Part shown: piece by piece, positions 32,030 to 42,880 of the stretch
How the letters are laid out: every line of letters starts with the position of its first letter
How positions within the stretch are numbered: position 1 is the stretch's first letter
NCBI GenBank assembly: GCA_000146045.2
Contig: BK006934.2
Span: forward strand, 192,001 to 256,000
Source of the DNA: TPA_inf: Saccharomyces
Taxonomy: Eukaryota
Direction: 5' to 3'
DNA: 64,000 bases
Position numbers and translations under genes: made by a program
The notes under the pieces: model-generated
Told to the model about the DNA's origin: nothing
Databases searched by the model: none
What the model saw: only the letters and a program-made list of their open reading frames with translations

Positions 32030-33169
32030 TCAGTCCTTTCTCCAGTCACCATTGATACTTCTCGACCTGTTCAATGCTAATCTCATAGTGGCCAATTCTC
32101 CGATAGTTTTATTAACCTTGCAGCAGTTTGGGTCTAGATTTAAGTTATCAGCCAATTTGACGACATAGCCATTGATATACTCAATTTCAATGTCTCTTAA
32201 GAACAAAGTGTCTTGTCTCATTGAACTACTGTTCCTAGAATTGATGTCACAGCCAATTCTAGTGACTTCGGAGACCATGTTATCGGTTGTCAGTACTGCA
32301 TTGACATCCATTTCTGGGTATTCTTCATTACCGCTGTATTTTTCGTGGTATTGAAACAATGGCCTATAAGCAACTCTCAATATTTGTAAACACTCGTCAA
32401 TAATAGATGTGAAAACTGGACCGCAACTGGCCTTCATCTCACCATTGACACAATCTAGAATAGCCGTAACTGGATTCATGCATGCATTAACCAAAAATTT
32501 AAATAATTGACCAAAGAGCATTTCTTGATAAGTGGAATGTTCTATTCCAAATTCCTTGGCAAATTTTGGTTCTGTTAATAATTTTACTAATGAGTTATTG
32601 GCTGCATCGTCCTCGACTACGGATTTTTTTTGAATCATTTCTTCCTCAGTCCAAGGCAATTTGGCAATTTTCATACCAGCCCACCCAGCATGATTGAAAA
32701 CTCCTGCTTTATCCTGATAAACGCCATGAGAAATGACACCCTGAAATAAATGTGGTCTGTTTTTTGAATCTGTAAAGATTTCTTCTCTCAATAGTTCTAA
32801 AACGCCCAGTCCATTCTGAATCAAAATTAAGTTTGTATTTTTATTAATATAAGGCAAATAAGGAGCTAGTGCTTCTTTGGTTTGGTAAGTCTTTGTAGTG
32901 ACGACTAAGTTGTCAATAGGTTTTTTAGAGAAAGTTTCAGGGCATTCGCATTTCTCCACTGGATAAGAAAATATTGGCGAGCCTTCCAAATAAAGTTTGC
33001 GAATCGAAATGTTGTTCCCATTTGTCTTCTGAAATTGTGCAAGTCTTTCTTGTGATCTAAATAAGGGCACAACTAGGGCATTGGTAAATCTTAAAAGGTC
33101 AACTGCCAAAACGGTACCCATGGCACCCAACCCAAGAATATGAATAGTACTTCTGTGTGGTGCAGTCAT
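32030..33169 (-). CDS. PAN5: 2-dehydropantoate 2-reductase (ketopantoate reductase, ApbA/PanE family), 379 aa
   Basis: N-terminal Rossmann motif IHILGLGAMGT and ApbA-family features. Confidence 0.85.
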   Translation of the reverse strand: MTAPHRSTIHILGLGAMGTVLAVDLLRFTNALVVPLFRSQERLAQFQKTNGNNISIRKLYLEGSPIFSYPVEKCECPETFSKKPIDNLVVTTKTYQTKEALAPYLPYINKNTNLILIQNGLGVLELLREEIFTDSKNRPHLFQGVISHGVYQDKAGVFNHAGWAGMKIAKLPWTEEEMIQKKSVVEDDAANNSLVKLLTEPKFAKEFGIEHSTYQEMLFGQLFKFLVNACMNPVTAILDCVNGEMKASCGPVFTSIIDECLQILRVAYRPLFQYHEKYSGNEEYPEMDVNAVLTTDNMVSEVTRIGCDINSRNSSSMRQDTLFLRDIEIEYINGYVVKLADNLNLDPNCCKVNKTIGELATMRLALNRSRSINGDWRKD

Positions 33170-33524
33170 ATTGTACAGACTTTATCGTATACGTATATTA
33201 TCGATTTCTCCTATCGATCGTAACATACAAAGGTGAGTATAAAGTATCTTGTTTTTTTAATATATTTGTATTAAGCTGAATGGCACGATAAGCCTTTCTC
33301 GAGAAACCGTTAGCGGCCGCCAATCTATAAAAAAAAGAAATCGGAAACATGAAATATGAATTTGAATAGAACGTGACTCAACAGAAAGTCACAAACCTAA
33401 CCATAATAACCTTGCTATAGCATTTTTTGACTTAATTTTATATGTTCTTTTTTCAAGGGCTGTATAGTTCCATCATGTATGTATTTTTCTATATACGTAT
33501 ACATACCGTTTTTCTTAGAGCGCT

Positions 33525-35141
33525 CTATAATTCACCCTTTACAGCATTACCAGTTTTCAAATCTCTAGCGGTGACTCTTAAAGCACCGTCTTTGTTAATG
33601 TTAAAGATAATTTCAACACCGTTAGCGTTTTTAATTCCCAATTCCATCAACTTGGTACCCAAAGTGTATAGTTTTTCTCTGACGACTTCAGGTTCATCGT
33701 CGGACCATTCACTTTCATCGTCCTCTTCAGCATTTTCTTCTTTTGGAATTGGCTCCAAAGTCTTTTCCTCGATGTGATGGTCACCTTCGTAAACACCAAT
33801 CAAGAAATCACCCTTGGCTTGTTTCAAAGTCAATTTCTTTTGTACAGGGAACGAAGTTTCAGCCAACAATACTGGGTGGAATTCGCCCTTAGCACCAATC
33901 AAACCAATAGGCTTCTTTAAATGTGGAGTATTGACGATAACTGGTTGTAAAGCTTCAGCCAATTCGTCAGCATCGTAATCGCTAATCAATCTTGCTTGTA
34001 ATGCGGCACCGGATGCAGCTAATTCGTTTGGATTGTTAGAAGCGTTCTTGTTCTGTGGACCAAGAATTTCGACTGATTCTGGTAAAGTGTATTCCAAGTT
34101 AGTGGTTAATTTTGGAGTAAATGATACACCACCAGTCAAAAGAACAGCATCGATGTCCAATGGGTCTAATTCAGCCTTGGCAATGACAGAATCAACGAAA
34201 GAGGAAAATTGGGCGAAGACCTTGTTAGCTACCAATTCGTACCTCATTCTGTTGATAGAAGCGTGATAGTCGAAACCATCAGCTAAGGAATCGATGGAAA
34301 TAGTGGCAGAAGTTGCGTTGGACAAAGTCTTCTTGGTAATTGAAGAGTTAGCCTTTAACTTGGCCAAGGATCTAGCGTTCTTTCTTGGATTGGCTTGATA
34401 CTTCTTTTGGAACTCACTAGCAAAATATTCGACTAATTCAGTATCCAAATTGTCACCACCTAAGCTGAGGTCATGAGCAGTGGCCAAAATAGTGAAAATA
34501 CCGTTACGAACGGCAATGACAGCAGCGTCAGATCTAATACCACCGAAGTCAGCAACAACAACGTTAACATCTTTTTCAAATGGGAATTGTTCAGCGTGGG
34601 CTAATAAAGCAGCAGAAGGTTCATTGATGAATTGAACAATTTGCAGACCAATTTTGGCGGCAGAAGCCTTTAGTGCAGTCTTTTGTTCTTCACTGAAGTT
34701 TGTTGGAACTGTCAATACAGCTTCCTTTACGGCAGAACCGATGTAATCTTCCGCGGCTAACTTTAATCTGTTTAAATGTCTGGAGACCACTTCATCTACA
34801 GTAAGTTTTTCTTCCTTACCTTCGCCTCTTGAAATAACAAATCCAACTTTGCCATCAACTTCGACAGCTGGGGCACCGTTAGCGCACTTGCTGACATCAC
34901 ACTTGTCAAATGGCAAACCAATGAAGTCACGGAAGTTAATGATAGTATTCTTAGGATTTCTGATTAATTGTTGCAAAGCTTGACCACCGTGGTATTCATC
35001 TTCACCGACATAGGATAAAGCGGATGGAATGGCACGCTCACCATCTGGGTTGGCAATGACATCAACATCGTTCTTTGGGTTGATGTAGGCAATAGAAGAA
35101 GAGGTGTTACCAAAGGTGATACCAATCACTGGAGAGGACAT
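33525..35141 (-). CDS. SSZ1: Ribosome-associated atypical Hsp70 (RAC component), 538 aa
   Basis: Hsp70-like ATPase-domain motifs. The start is the Met (MSSPVIGITFGN...) 34 codons inside the track ORF. Confidence 0.85.
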   Translation of the reverse strand: MSSPVIGITFGNTSSSIAYINPKNDVDVIANPDGERAIPSALSYVGEDEYHGGQALQQLIRNPKNTIINFRDFIGLPFDKCDVSKCANGAPAVEVDGKVGFVISRGEGKEEKLTVDEVVSRHLNRLKLAAEDYIGSAVKEAVLTVPTNFSEEQKTALKASAAKIGLQIVQFINEPSAALLAHAEQFPFEKDVNVVVADFGGIRSDAAVIAVRNGIFTILATAHDLSLGGDNLDTELVEYFASEFQKKYQANPRKNARSLAKLKANSSITKKTLSNATSATISIDSLADGFDYHASINRMRYELVANKVFAQFSSFVDSVIAKAELDPLDIDAVLLTGGVSFTPKLTTNLEYTLPESVEILGPQNKNASNNPNELAASGAALQARLISDYDADELAEALQPVIVNTPHLKKPIGLIGAKGEFHPVLLAETSFPVQKKLTLKQAKGDFLIGVYEGDHHIEEKTLEPIPKEENAEEDDESEWSDDEPEVVREKLYTLGTKLMELGIKNANGVEIIFNINKDGALRVTARDLKTGNAVKGEL

Positions 35142-35531
35142 CTTATTTGTAATTTTAACTGTGATTGTGGTAGTAGAGATCTCAATATATTTATGTAATC
35201 TTAAAACCTCTTGTATAGGCGAGCTGACTACCATGTACTTCATATATTATCCGACCTCATCATCTCTTGGAAAAAATTTCACCATCACATTCGACGAAGA
35301 AAAAGAGCTAAAATATGAATACTTCGTAAATAGTTACTTATTTTGCACATCTTTTACCGCTCCCATTACGCGGAATGAGTTATGAATGGCTCGAGAAACA
35401 AATAGGAAACGAATAAGAAATGATAGGCAATTTTATGTGATATTGATAGATGTATATATGAACATATAGATAAATATTTCTAAGTTAAATTGAACTTTTG
35501 GGCGTTAAAAGGTAAACCATGCTTACAAAGC

Positions 35532-37037
35532 CTACCTTTCTCCCATGTCCATATTCTCTCTTGTCATCATTCTTCCTCTTCTTCCCTTACCTCTGGCAAT
35601 CTTCTCCTTGTTTCTTCTGTTCATTTCCATTACAACTTCCCCATTAGCCTTATCGACGGAATCTCTTAGGGTCAATATAATGTTCTTGTCCACACTTTCC
35701 TTCGGTAGTTTTTTACCTAAAACTTCTTCAATTCTTAAGATCAATTCCAGATCGTATTGTGATACTAGTGAGATAGATTTTCCTGATCTACCAGCTCTTG
35801 CGGTTCTTCCCACACGATGAATGTAGGACTTGGAATCCACAGGAATATCGTAGTTTACAACTATGTCCACTGATGGAATATCCAACCCTCTCGCAGCGAC
35901 ATCTGTAGCCACGAGAATAGACCTCTTACCTGCCTTGAAAAGATCCAAAGATCCCATTCTCTGGTTTTGATTCAAATCACCATGTAGCGCAGTGGCACTA
36001 AACTCGAGCAAATTACATAATCCTGACAACCTTTCCGCGTTGGCCTTGGTTCTTGTAAAAATGATCATCGTCTTTCCAATAAATTCATTTAATAAATAAA
36101 TTAGGTATGTGTTCTTAAGACCACCTGGAACGACCATCAGTGTTTGCACTAATGTATCTACGGTTTGGTATTTGTTTGACACGGCACATTTCACAGGATT
36201 TGTCAAACTTGCTCTTTGTAATTTATCAATTTTGGAAGTCATAGTAGCGGAAAAAAGATAAGTGGTTCTTTCTTGGGTTGGGATGATCTTTAAAATTCTA
36301 TCAAGAACAGGTCCAAATTCCATGTCTAATAATCTATCAGCTTCATCCATAACCAAGAATTTCAGTTTCCTCAGTGAAAACCCTTTGGTATTCTCTAAAT
36401 GGTCCATTAATCTACCAGGTGTAGCAATGATAATATGTGGCTTTCTCATCAGGTCTCTGGCCTGGTCCATCATATTCATACCACCCACAATACATGTCGA
36501 TCTCACGCCCATTAAGGATCCTAATGAGTCAAATGTTTCTTTGATCTGTTGTGCTAATTCTCTTGTTGGAGCTAGAATGCACGCATAGTATGGTTCCTGA
36601 TCATGCCATAACCGATTCAAAATGGGAATAGCAAATGCAGCAGTTTTACCAGAACCTGTTTGCGCAAGTCCAATTATATCGTGACCTTCTAACGCGGGAG
36701 GAATTGCCTTAGATTGAATGGGAGTGGGTTTGGAATAATTTAAGTTCTTACAAGCTTGAATTAATTCGGGGACCAGATTCAGTTCGCTAAAGGATTCAAA
36801 AGATTCATCTTCATTAGTATTTTCATTTTGGGTTGATACTGTGGATTTGCTTTTTGATTTCAAAACCTTTTTCTTTTCAGCAGTAGCATCTTCTTCAGAA
36901 TCGGACTCTGAACCACCTTCCTTTTCTGCTTCTATAAGCTTCTTTTGATTTTCCAAAGCTTTTGCTCTAATCTTTTCTGCTAAAGAAGTTAATTCATCGT
37001 TAGCCTTCTTTTCCTTTCTCTTAACAATTTTGGACAT
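35532..37037 (-). CDS. RRP3: DEAD-box RNA helicase for 18S rRNA processing, 501 aa
   Basis: Q-motif, Walker A (AQTGSGKT), DEAD ([10 protein letters not shown]), SAT and [13 protein letters not shown] motifs. The start is the internal Met [11 protein letters not shown]. Confidence 0.85.
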   Translation of the reverse strand: MSKIVKRKEKKANDELTSLAEKIRAKALENQKKLIEAEKEGGSESDSEEDATAEKKKVLKSKSKSTVSTQNENTNEDESFESFSELNLVPELIQACKNLNYSKPTPIQSKAIPPALEGHDIIGLAQTGSGKTAAFAIPILNRLWHDQEPYYACILAPTRELAQQIKETFDSLGSLMGVRSTCIVGGMNMMDQARDLMRKPHIIIATPGRLMDHLENTKGFSLRKLKFLVMDEADRLLDMEFGPVLDRILKIIPTQERTTYLFSATMTSKIDKLQRASLTNPVKCAVSNKYQTVDTLVQTLMVVPGGLKNTYLIYLLNEFIGKTMIIFTRTKANAERLSGLCNLLEFSATALHGDLNQNQRMGSLDLFKAGKRSILVATDVAARGLDIPSVDIVVNYDIPVDSKSYIHRVGRTARAGRSGKSISLVSQYDLELILRIEEVLGKKLPKESVDKNIILTLRDSVDKANGEVVMEMNRRNKEKIARGKGRRGRMMTRENMDMGER

Positions 37038-37184
37038 TTTTATAGCTGATTCAGTGAAGTACTTAACAGAATCTTGGTATATATTGCTTCTAAGATATGT
37101 CACAATTCTGTGTATACCATGTACAATTGCTAAATGCTCATTGATTAATTTTAAATTTTTCATTTTTATCGCCTTAGACGAAAT

Positions 37185-37245
37185 TGAAATTTTTCACTGA
37201 AAAAAAAAAAAAAAAAAAAGTAGACGAAGAAGCTCATCTCATCGC
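37185..37245. promoter_or_regulatory. Shared divergent RRP3-SSF1 promoter: RRPE-like (tgaaatttttc), A20 tract, and PAC (ctcatcgc, reverse complement of GCGATGAG)
   Basis: The motif strings are visible at 37185-37195, 37200-37219 and 37238-37245. Both flanking genes are ribosome-biogenesis genes. Confidence 0.65.
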
Positions 37246-37334
37246 GATATTAGTTCGATATCTGGGTTTGAGTGAGTAGTATGTTTAATAATAAAAGAGT
37301 ATAATCCAGATATAGCAGACAATAAAATTTCAAG

Positions 37335-38696
37335 ATGGCCAAGAGAAGACAAAAGAAAAGAACACATGCACAGCTTACACCTGAGCAGGAACAAGGTATA
37401 CCTAAGTCAATGGTAATCAGAGTGGGTCAAACTTCTTTGGCCAACCATTCTCTGAACCAATTAGTAAAGGACTTCCGCCAAATCATGCAACCACATACGG
37501 CTATAAAATTGAAAGAGCGCAAGTCCAATAAACTGAAGGATTTCGTTGTTATGTGTGGCCCATTAGGTGTTACGCATCTTTTTATGTTCACTCAATCTGA
37601 AAAAACAGGAAATGTCTCCCTAAAGATAGCTAGAACTCCGCAAGGTCCTACTGTTACTTTTCAAGTATTGGACTATTCTCTGGGTAGAGATATCAAAAAA
37701 TTTTTGAAGAGACCTAAATCGTTGAATAATGATGATGTATTAAATCCTCCATTGCTAGTGCTAAACGGGTTTTCCACATCCAAAAGATCTGGTGAAGACG
37801 ACCAGGATGTAAACGTGGAGAAGGTCATTGTTTCTATGTTTCAGAATATTTTCCCACCTCTGAATCCTGCGAGAACTTCTTTGAATTCTATCAAACGTGT
37901 ATTTATGATCAATAAAGACAGGGAAACAGGGGAAATTTCTATGCGCCACTATTTTATTGACATTCGAGAAGTAGAGATCTCTAGAAACCTAAAAAGGCTT
38001 TATAAAGCCAAAAATAATCTAAGTAAAACAGTGCCGAATTTGCATCGAAAAGAAGATATTTCTTCTTTGATATTAGATCACGACTTAGGCGCCTATACAT
38101 CAGAATCTGAAATTGAAGATGACGCTATCGTGAGAGTAGTTGATAATCAGGACGTGAAGGCAAAGCATTCTCAAAGTTTGAAGTCCCAAAGAACACCGGT
38201 CGAAAAGAAGGATAATAAAGAGCGTGAAAAAGAAACAGAAGAAGAAGATGTGGAAATGGAGGAACCTAAGCCTTCAGAAAACTTGCAACCAACCCCACGT
38301 AAGAAAGCTATCAAACTAACTGAATTAGGACCAAGATTAACTTTAAAACTGGTCAAGATAGAAGAAGGTATTTGTTCAGGTAAAGTGTTACATCATGAAT
38401 TTGTTCAAAAATCAAGCGAAGAAATCAAAGCTTTAGAAAAGAGACACGCTGCAAAAATGAGGCTGAAGGAACAAAGAAAGAAGGAACAAGAAGAAAACAT
38501 TGCTAAAAAGAAGGCTGTTAAAGACGCTAAAAAGCAACGTAAATTGGAAAGAAGAAAAGCTAGAGCAGCAGAAGGAGGTGAAGGTCAAGGAAAAGATGAT
38601 GCGATGAGCGATGATGAGTCTTCATCAAGTGACAGCGAACATTATGGTAGCGTACCAGAGGATCTAGATAGTGACTTATTTAGTGAGGTCGAATAA
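37335..38696 (+). CDS. SSF1: Brix-domain 60S ribosomal subunit biogenesis factor, 453 aa
   Basis: Brix-domain body followed by a K/E-rich charged C-terminus. Confidence 0.85.
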   Translation: MAKRRQKKRTHAQLTPEQEQGIPKSMVIRVGQTSLANHSLNQLVKDFRQIMQPHTAIKLKERKSNKLKDFVVMCGPLGVTHLFMFTQSEKTGNVSLKIARTPQGPTVTFQVLDYSLGRDIKKFLKRPKSLNNDDVLNPPLLVLNGFSTSKRSGEDDQDVNVEKVIVSMFQNIFPPLNPARTSLNSIKRVFMINKDRETGEISMRHYFIDIREVEISRNLKRLYKAKNNLSKTVPNLHRKEDISSLILDHDLGAYTSESEIEDDAIVRVVDNQDVKAKHSQSLKSQRTPVEKKDNKEREKETEEEDVEMEEPKPSENLQPTPRKKAIKLTELGPRLTLKLVKIEEGICSGKVLHHEFVQKSSEEIKALEKRHAAKMRLKEQRKKEQEENIAKKKAVKDAKKQRKLERRKARAAEGGEGQGKDDAMSDDESSSSDSEHYGSVPEDLDSDLFSEVE

Positions 38697-38969
38697 ATTG
38701 TTCTCCGGTACCAAGAAAATTTTAGTTAAGCCTGGCTATCCACCAACGCACGTATACTTCTTCACTTTAGATAAATTGCATACTTGATACATATAAACTC
38801 TTTGTCTTTTAAATCATAGCCCAAAGGAAACGTAGATCTCAGAAGGCATGTGAAAAAAAATTCGATCTTACCTTTTTTACGCCATTTTAAGCTACTGTTT
38901 CGATACATGAGCGTGGCTGGTACATTGAAGGTGGGCAATCGTCCACTTATCTAAAGACAGCTTATCAGC

Positions 38970-39812
38970 ATGAAATCCAAAACGTGGATTTTCAGGGATG
39001 TCTTATCTAGTCACCGAACCAAAGCGTTTGATAGTTTACTTTGTAGGAGACTCCCTGTATCAAAGGCAACGAAGCATCTTCAACTGGGAGAACATTTCCT
39101 GTTCTTCCCACCATCATTCGAAAAATTGGATAGAGATGGTTATTTTAACTATCAAAATCCTGCAAGTTTGCTAGGAAACCCTGATTTACGCTACCGTAGA
39201 AGGATTTGGGGACAAGGAGAGCTTGTTCAGTATTTACCAGTCACCTTAGACCAGGAGTATACATGCCACGAATCAATCAAATACGTAAAAAAAATACGAG
39301 ATGAACATGTTGTCTGTATTGAAAGAACCCTTTTACAAGAAAGGCCCGAAAATGTGTCGAGTCCAATGGACATTTGCTTATTCGAGAGAAGGGTATTAAT
39401 GTACACCAATTCACCCGCAAACAAGACTGCAGTCAAGATGCCCGTAGGAGAGGAGAACTATAAGATCTTAAAAAATTTTACTGTTACTGATATGGATATT
39501 GTAGCTTATGGTCAGATGTCTTTGAATCCGCACCGAATTCATTGGGACAAAGAGTACAGTCGCTATGTTGAAGGCTACGACGATATTATCATGCAAGGAC
39601 CCTTCTCGGTCCAATTACTACAGAAATGCATCCAACCTTTTCTCGAACAACCAATCAGACAGTTGCGATACCGCAATTTGAATTATATATATCCAAACAC
39701 TACTTTGAGCATATGTCAGTCTTTAAGCTCTTCGAGCGGAATGTACACATTTCAAATTAGGGACCTCCAGAAAGCCAACTTAGTCTACATGAAAGCTGAT
39801 GTTTTCTGTTGA
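38970..39812 (+). CDS. HTD2: Mitochondrial 3-hydroxyacyl-thioester dehydratase (hotdog fold), 280 aa
   Basis: Sequence and position match. Confidence 0.8.
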   Translation: MKSKTWIFRDVLSSHRTKAFDSLLCRRLPVSKATKHLQLGEHFLFFPPSFEKLDRDGYFNYQNPASLLGNPDLRYRRRIWGQGELVQYLPVTLDQEYTCHESIKYVKKIRDEHVVCIERTLLQERPENVSSPMDICLFERRVLMYTNSPANKTAVKMPVGEENYKILKNFTVTDMDIVAYGQMSLNPHRIHWDKEYSRYVEGYDDIIMQGPFSVQLLQKCIQPFLEQPIRQLRYRNLNYIYPNTTLSICQSLSSSSGMYTFQIRDLQKANLVYMKADVFC

Positions 39813-40132
39813 CTACCAGTAATTGTCTCTCTGCAGATAATCACTACCTGTGTGTTTCTTGTCTCTTGAAATAATACTAGTAGCTGCTGAACAGTGGAAG
39901 GTCACGAACGAGATTACCATAATATCTCGCCATCACCAGGTTGACGGTAAACGCATTACGGGAAGAACTGAAAAAAAGGTGGGAAAAAAAAATAAAAAGT
40001 AAAGTGAAAAATTAAATGTAATGTATATTTCCATTTTGACGCAAAGTACTTCCCTCTATCAGTTTTGTATCTAACTGCAGAGTAAAGTCGTGTTTTGCTT
40101 AGTTAACTTATATACAAGTCAAAGCAAAAAAG

Positions 40133-41296
40133 ATGTCCGATATCAACGAAAAACTCCCAGAGTTACTACAAGACGCTGTCTTGAAAGCATCTGTTCCTAT
40201 TCCAGATGACTTCGTTAAGGTTCAAGGTATTGATTACTCAAAGCCTGAAGCCACTAATATGAGAGCAACTGATTTAATTGAAGCTATGAAGACCATGGGT
40301 TTCCAAGCTAGTTCTGTTGGTACTGCCTGTGAGATTATTGATAGTATGAGATCATGGAGAGGTAAGCATATTGACGAATTGGATGACCATGAAAAGAAAG
40401 GTTGCTTCGATGAGGAAGGGTACCAAAAGACTACTATCTTCATGGGTTATACTTCTAACTTGATCAGTTCCGGTGTACGTGAAACTTTACGTTATTTGGT
40501 GCAACACAAAATGGTTGATGCTGTCGTTACTTCTGCTGGTGGTGTGGAAGAAGATTTGATCAAATGTCTTGCTCCAACTTACTTGGGTGAATTTGCTTTG
40601 AAAGGTAAATCTTTGCGTGACCAAGGTATGAATCGTATTGGTAACTTGCTTGTTCCAAATGATAACTACTGTAAGTTTGAAGAATGGATTGTCCCAATTT
40701 TGGATAAGATGTTGGAAGAACAAGATGAATACGTAAAGAAACATGGCGCTGACTGTTTAGAGGCTAACCAAGACGTGGATTCACCAATCTGGACCCCATC
40801 TAAGATGATAGATCGTTTTGGTAAGGAAATCAACGACGAATCCTCCGTATTGTACTGGGCCCACAAGAATAAAATTCCAATCTTTTGTCCATCTTTGACT
40901 GATGGTTCAATCGGTGACATGTTGTTTTTCCATACTTTTAAAGCATCTCCAAAACAACTAAGAGTTGACATTGTAGGAGATATCCGCAAAATCAATTCAA
41001 TGTCCATGGCCGCTTACAGAGCCGGTATGATCATCTTGGGTGGTGGTTTGATCAAGCACCACATTGCCAATGCTTGTTTGATGAGAAATGGTGCTGATTA
41101 TGCCGTTTACATTAACACTGGTCAAGAATACGATGGTTCTGATGCAGGTGCAAGACCTGACGAAGCTGTGTCTTGGGGTAAGATCAAGGCTGAAGCCAAA
41201 TCCGTCAAACTTTTTGCTGATGTCACCACTGTTCTTCCATTGATTGTTGCTGCTACCTTTGCCAGTGGTAAACCAATCAAAAAAGTTAAGAATTGA
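40133..41296 (+). CDS. DYS1: Deoxyhypusine synthase, 387 aa
   Basis: Highly conserved DHS sequence ([12 protein letters not shown]..., active-site Lys region). Confidence 0.9.
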   Translation: MSDINEKLPELLQDAVLKASVPIPDDFVKVQGIDYSKPEATNMRATDLIEAMKTMGFQASSVGTACEIIDSMRSWRGKHIDELDDHEKKGCFDEEGYQKTTIFMGYTSNLISSGVRETLRYLVQHKMVDAVVTSAGGVEEDLIKCLAPTYLGEFALKGKSLRDQGMNRIGNLLVPNDNYCKFEEWIVPILDKMLEEQDEYVKKHGADCLEANQDVDSPIWTPSKMIDRFGKEINDESSVLYWAHKNKIPIFCPSLTDGSIGDMLFFHTFKASPKQLRVDIVGDIRKINSMSMAAYRAGMIILGGGLIKHHIANACLMRNGADYAVYINTGQEYDGSDAGARPDEAVSWGKIKAEAKSVKLFADVTTVLPLIVAATFASGKPIKKVKN

Positions 41297-41578
41297 TGAG
41301 AGAATTTTGAGATGAAAAAAAAAAAAATGAATCTGTACTATTTCTTTTTTTAGTGCAAAAGTTTTGTTTTAATATAGAGATAAATAAAAAAATGAACATA
41401 TTACTATAATATCAACAAAATATGATGTAATGTCTGCAATAAAGATGAGTCAATTGCATTTCTATACGTACTAATCGTGTGTACATAGCCATGACATTAT
41501 GTAAGTTTATACACATAAATTGCGTTGGAGTCTGCTGTGTAGTTTATAAATGTGTAAACAGCGGCTTTTGTATTCCTA

Positions 41579-42658
41579 TTAGTTGCCGTTACCTCTCATT
41601 TTTTCGGCGGTAAGAATGTCACTGCCTATGGATTCCATTACATTTTTCTCAATCAGTTCACCTACGTTTGAATAAACCATACTAGCTTCGTAAGCACTTA
41701 CTATACGTTGTTGAGTAATGCCTATTTCACAGAACGCTAACGCTTTGATCACGTTCGCATACCGGCAAATTGCTTGTCGTATGTTGTTCGATATGGAAGG
41801 ATCGTTTTCATCCGAATATATTTGCCATGAAGACTCTTCTTCCAGTCTTGTTATGGAGGGATTTAATGATACCGCACCAGTGGGTCCAGTTGATTTAATT
41901 GAGGAACTGTTATTTGCAGACGGCGTATCCCTCGCTAAGTCCATCTGAGATGTTTTCCTTAACCATATGTAACCATTGACTCCGAGAACTACGGTTATGT
42001 TGCCGGGCAAATTATGAGTATGGTTCTTGGCTCTCACTATTAATGAACTCGGGACTTGGCAAAACATCCCGTTTCTTAACTTCCCGTACTTTAGAGACCT
42101 TGTATGTAAAGAGGCACTACCATCTTGAAATAATGATTGAACTTCTGCATTCAGGAGGTCACCTTCCTTAAGGAAGCTTCTCATTTGTAGTTCATCACTT
42201 TCAGATTTTCTTCTTAGAATACCACCCGGTAAATTCACAGAGCCCAACATAAGTACTGCATGTTGCTTACCGCCAATGTCTACTTTCCATCTCTTGTTAC
42301 CCACTTCAGCAATTCTCCCTACGACGTGATCACCAGTTTCTGGGGCATAACGACCTTTCAATGGAATTACCGATAGCAGCCTATTGACACGGGATACAGT
42401 ACCAGCAACAGAGGAATACGTCATATTATCAAGAAAATACGTACCGTGACCTCTCATCCAGATAGGGTCATCAGTGACCAGCTCACCTGGCGTCACAATT
42501 TGAGAATCAGACTCACTTTTAGAAGCTGAGTTAACATCGTGCATGTAGATATCTTCTTCATCATTTTCATCATCTGATATCCCTGTGTTGTTATAGGACA
42601 GGTTAGATGAATTTTGGAAGGCACCGTTCCGCTTGGTAATTGTGATAACTTCGGACAT
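41579..42658 (-). CDS. RRP4: Exosome cap subunit (S1/KH RNA-binding), 359 aa
   Basis: Sequence and position match, with a PAC motif in its promoter. Confidence 0.85.
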   Translation of the reverse strand: MSEVITITKRNGAFQNSSNLSYNNTGISDDENDEEDIYMHDVNSASKSESDSQIVTPGELVTDDPIWMRGHGTYFLDNMTYSSVAGTVSRVNRLLSVIPLKGRYAPETGDHVVGRIAEVGNKRWKVDIGGKQHAVLMLGSVNLPGGILRRKSESDELQMRSFLKEGDLLNAEVQSLFQDGSASLHTRSLKYGKLRNGMFCQVPSSLIVRAKNHTHNLPGNITVVLGVNGYIWLRKTSQMDLARDTPSANNSSSIKSTGPTGAVSLNPSITRLEEESSWQIYSDENDPSISNNIRQAICRYANVIKALAFCEIGITQQRIVSAYEASMVYSNVGELIEKNVMESIGSDILTAEKMRGNGN

Positions 42659-42753
42659 ATCTGTTTACGCTTGTGTGACTACGCAAAGATTTAGAATGCA
42701 AGCAGTACTTAAGGAAGGATATTTTTCTTCTACTTTTGTTTTAGTTTTCTTAA

Positions 42754-42779
42754 TTTTTTTTTTTTTTTCACCTCATCGC
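42754..42779. promoter_or_regulatory. T15 tract plus PAC motif (ctcatcgc) in the divergent RRP4-TRM5 promoter
   Basis: Directly visible, ~100 bp upstream of both start codons. Confidence 0.6.
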
Positions 42780-42880
42780 TCAATCCATACTGAGGAAGAA
42801 AAAGAAAAAAAAAGATTCACTGAGGATATTTGAACAAACCAGTTTAAACCATAAGTAAAGGTAAGGATATTTTTCATTGC

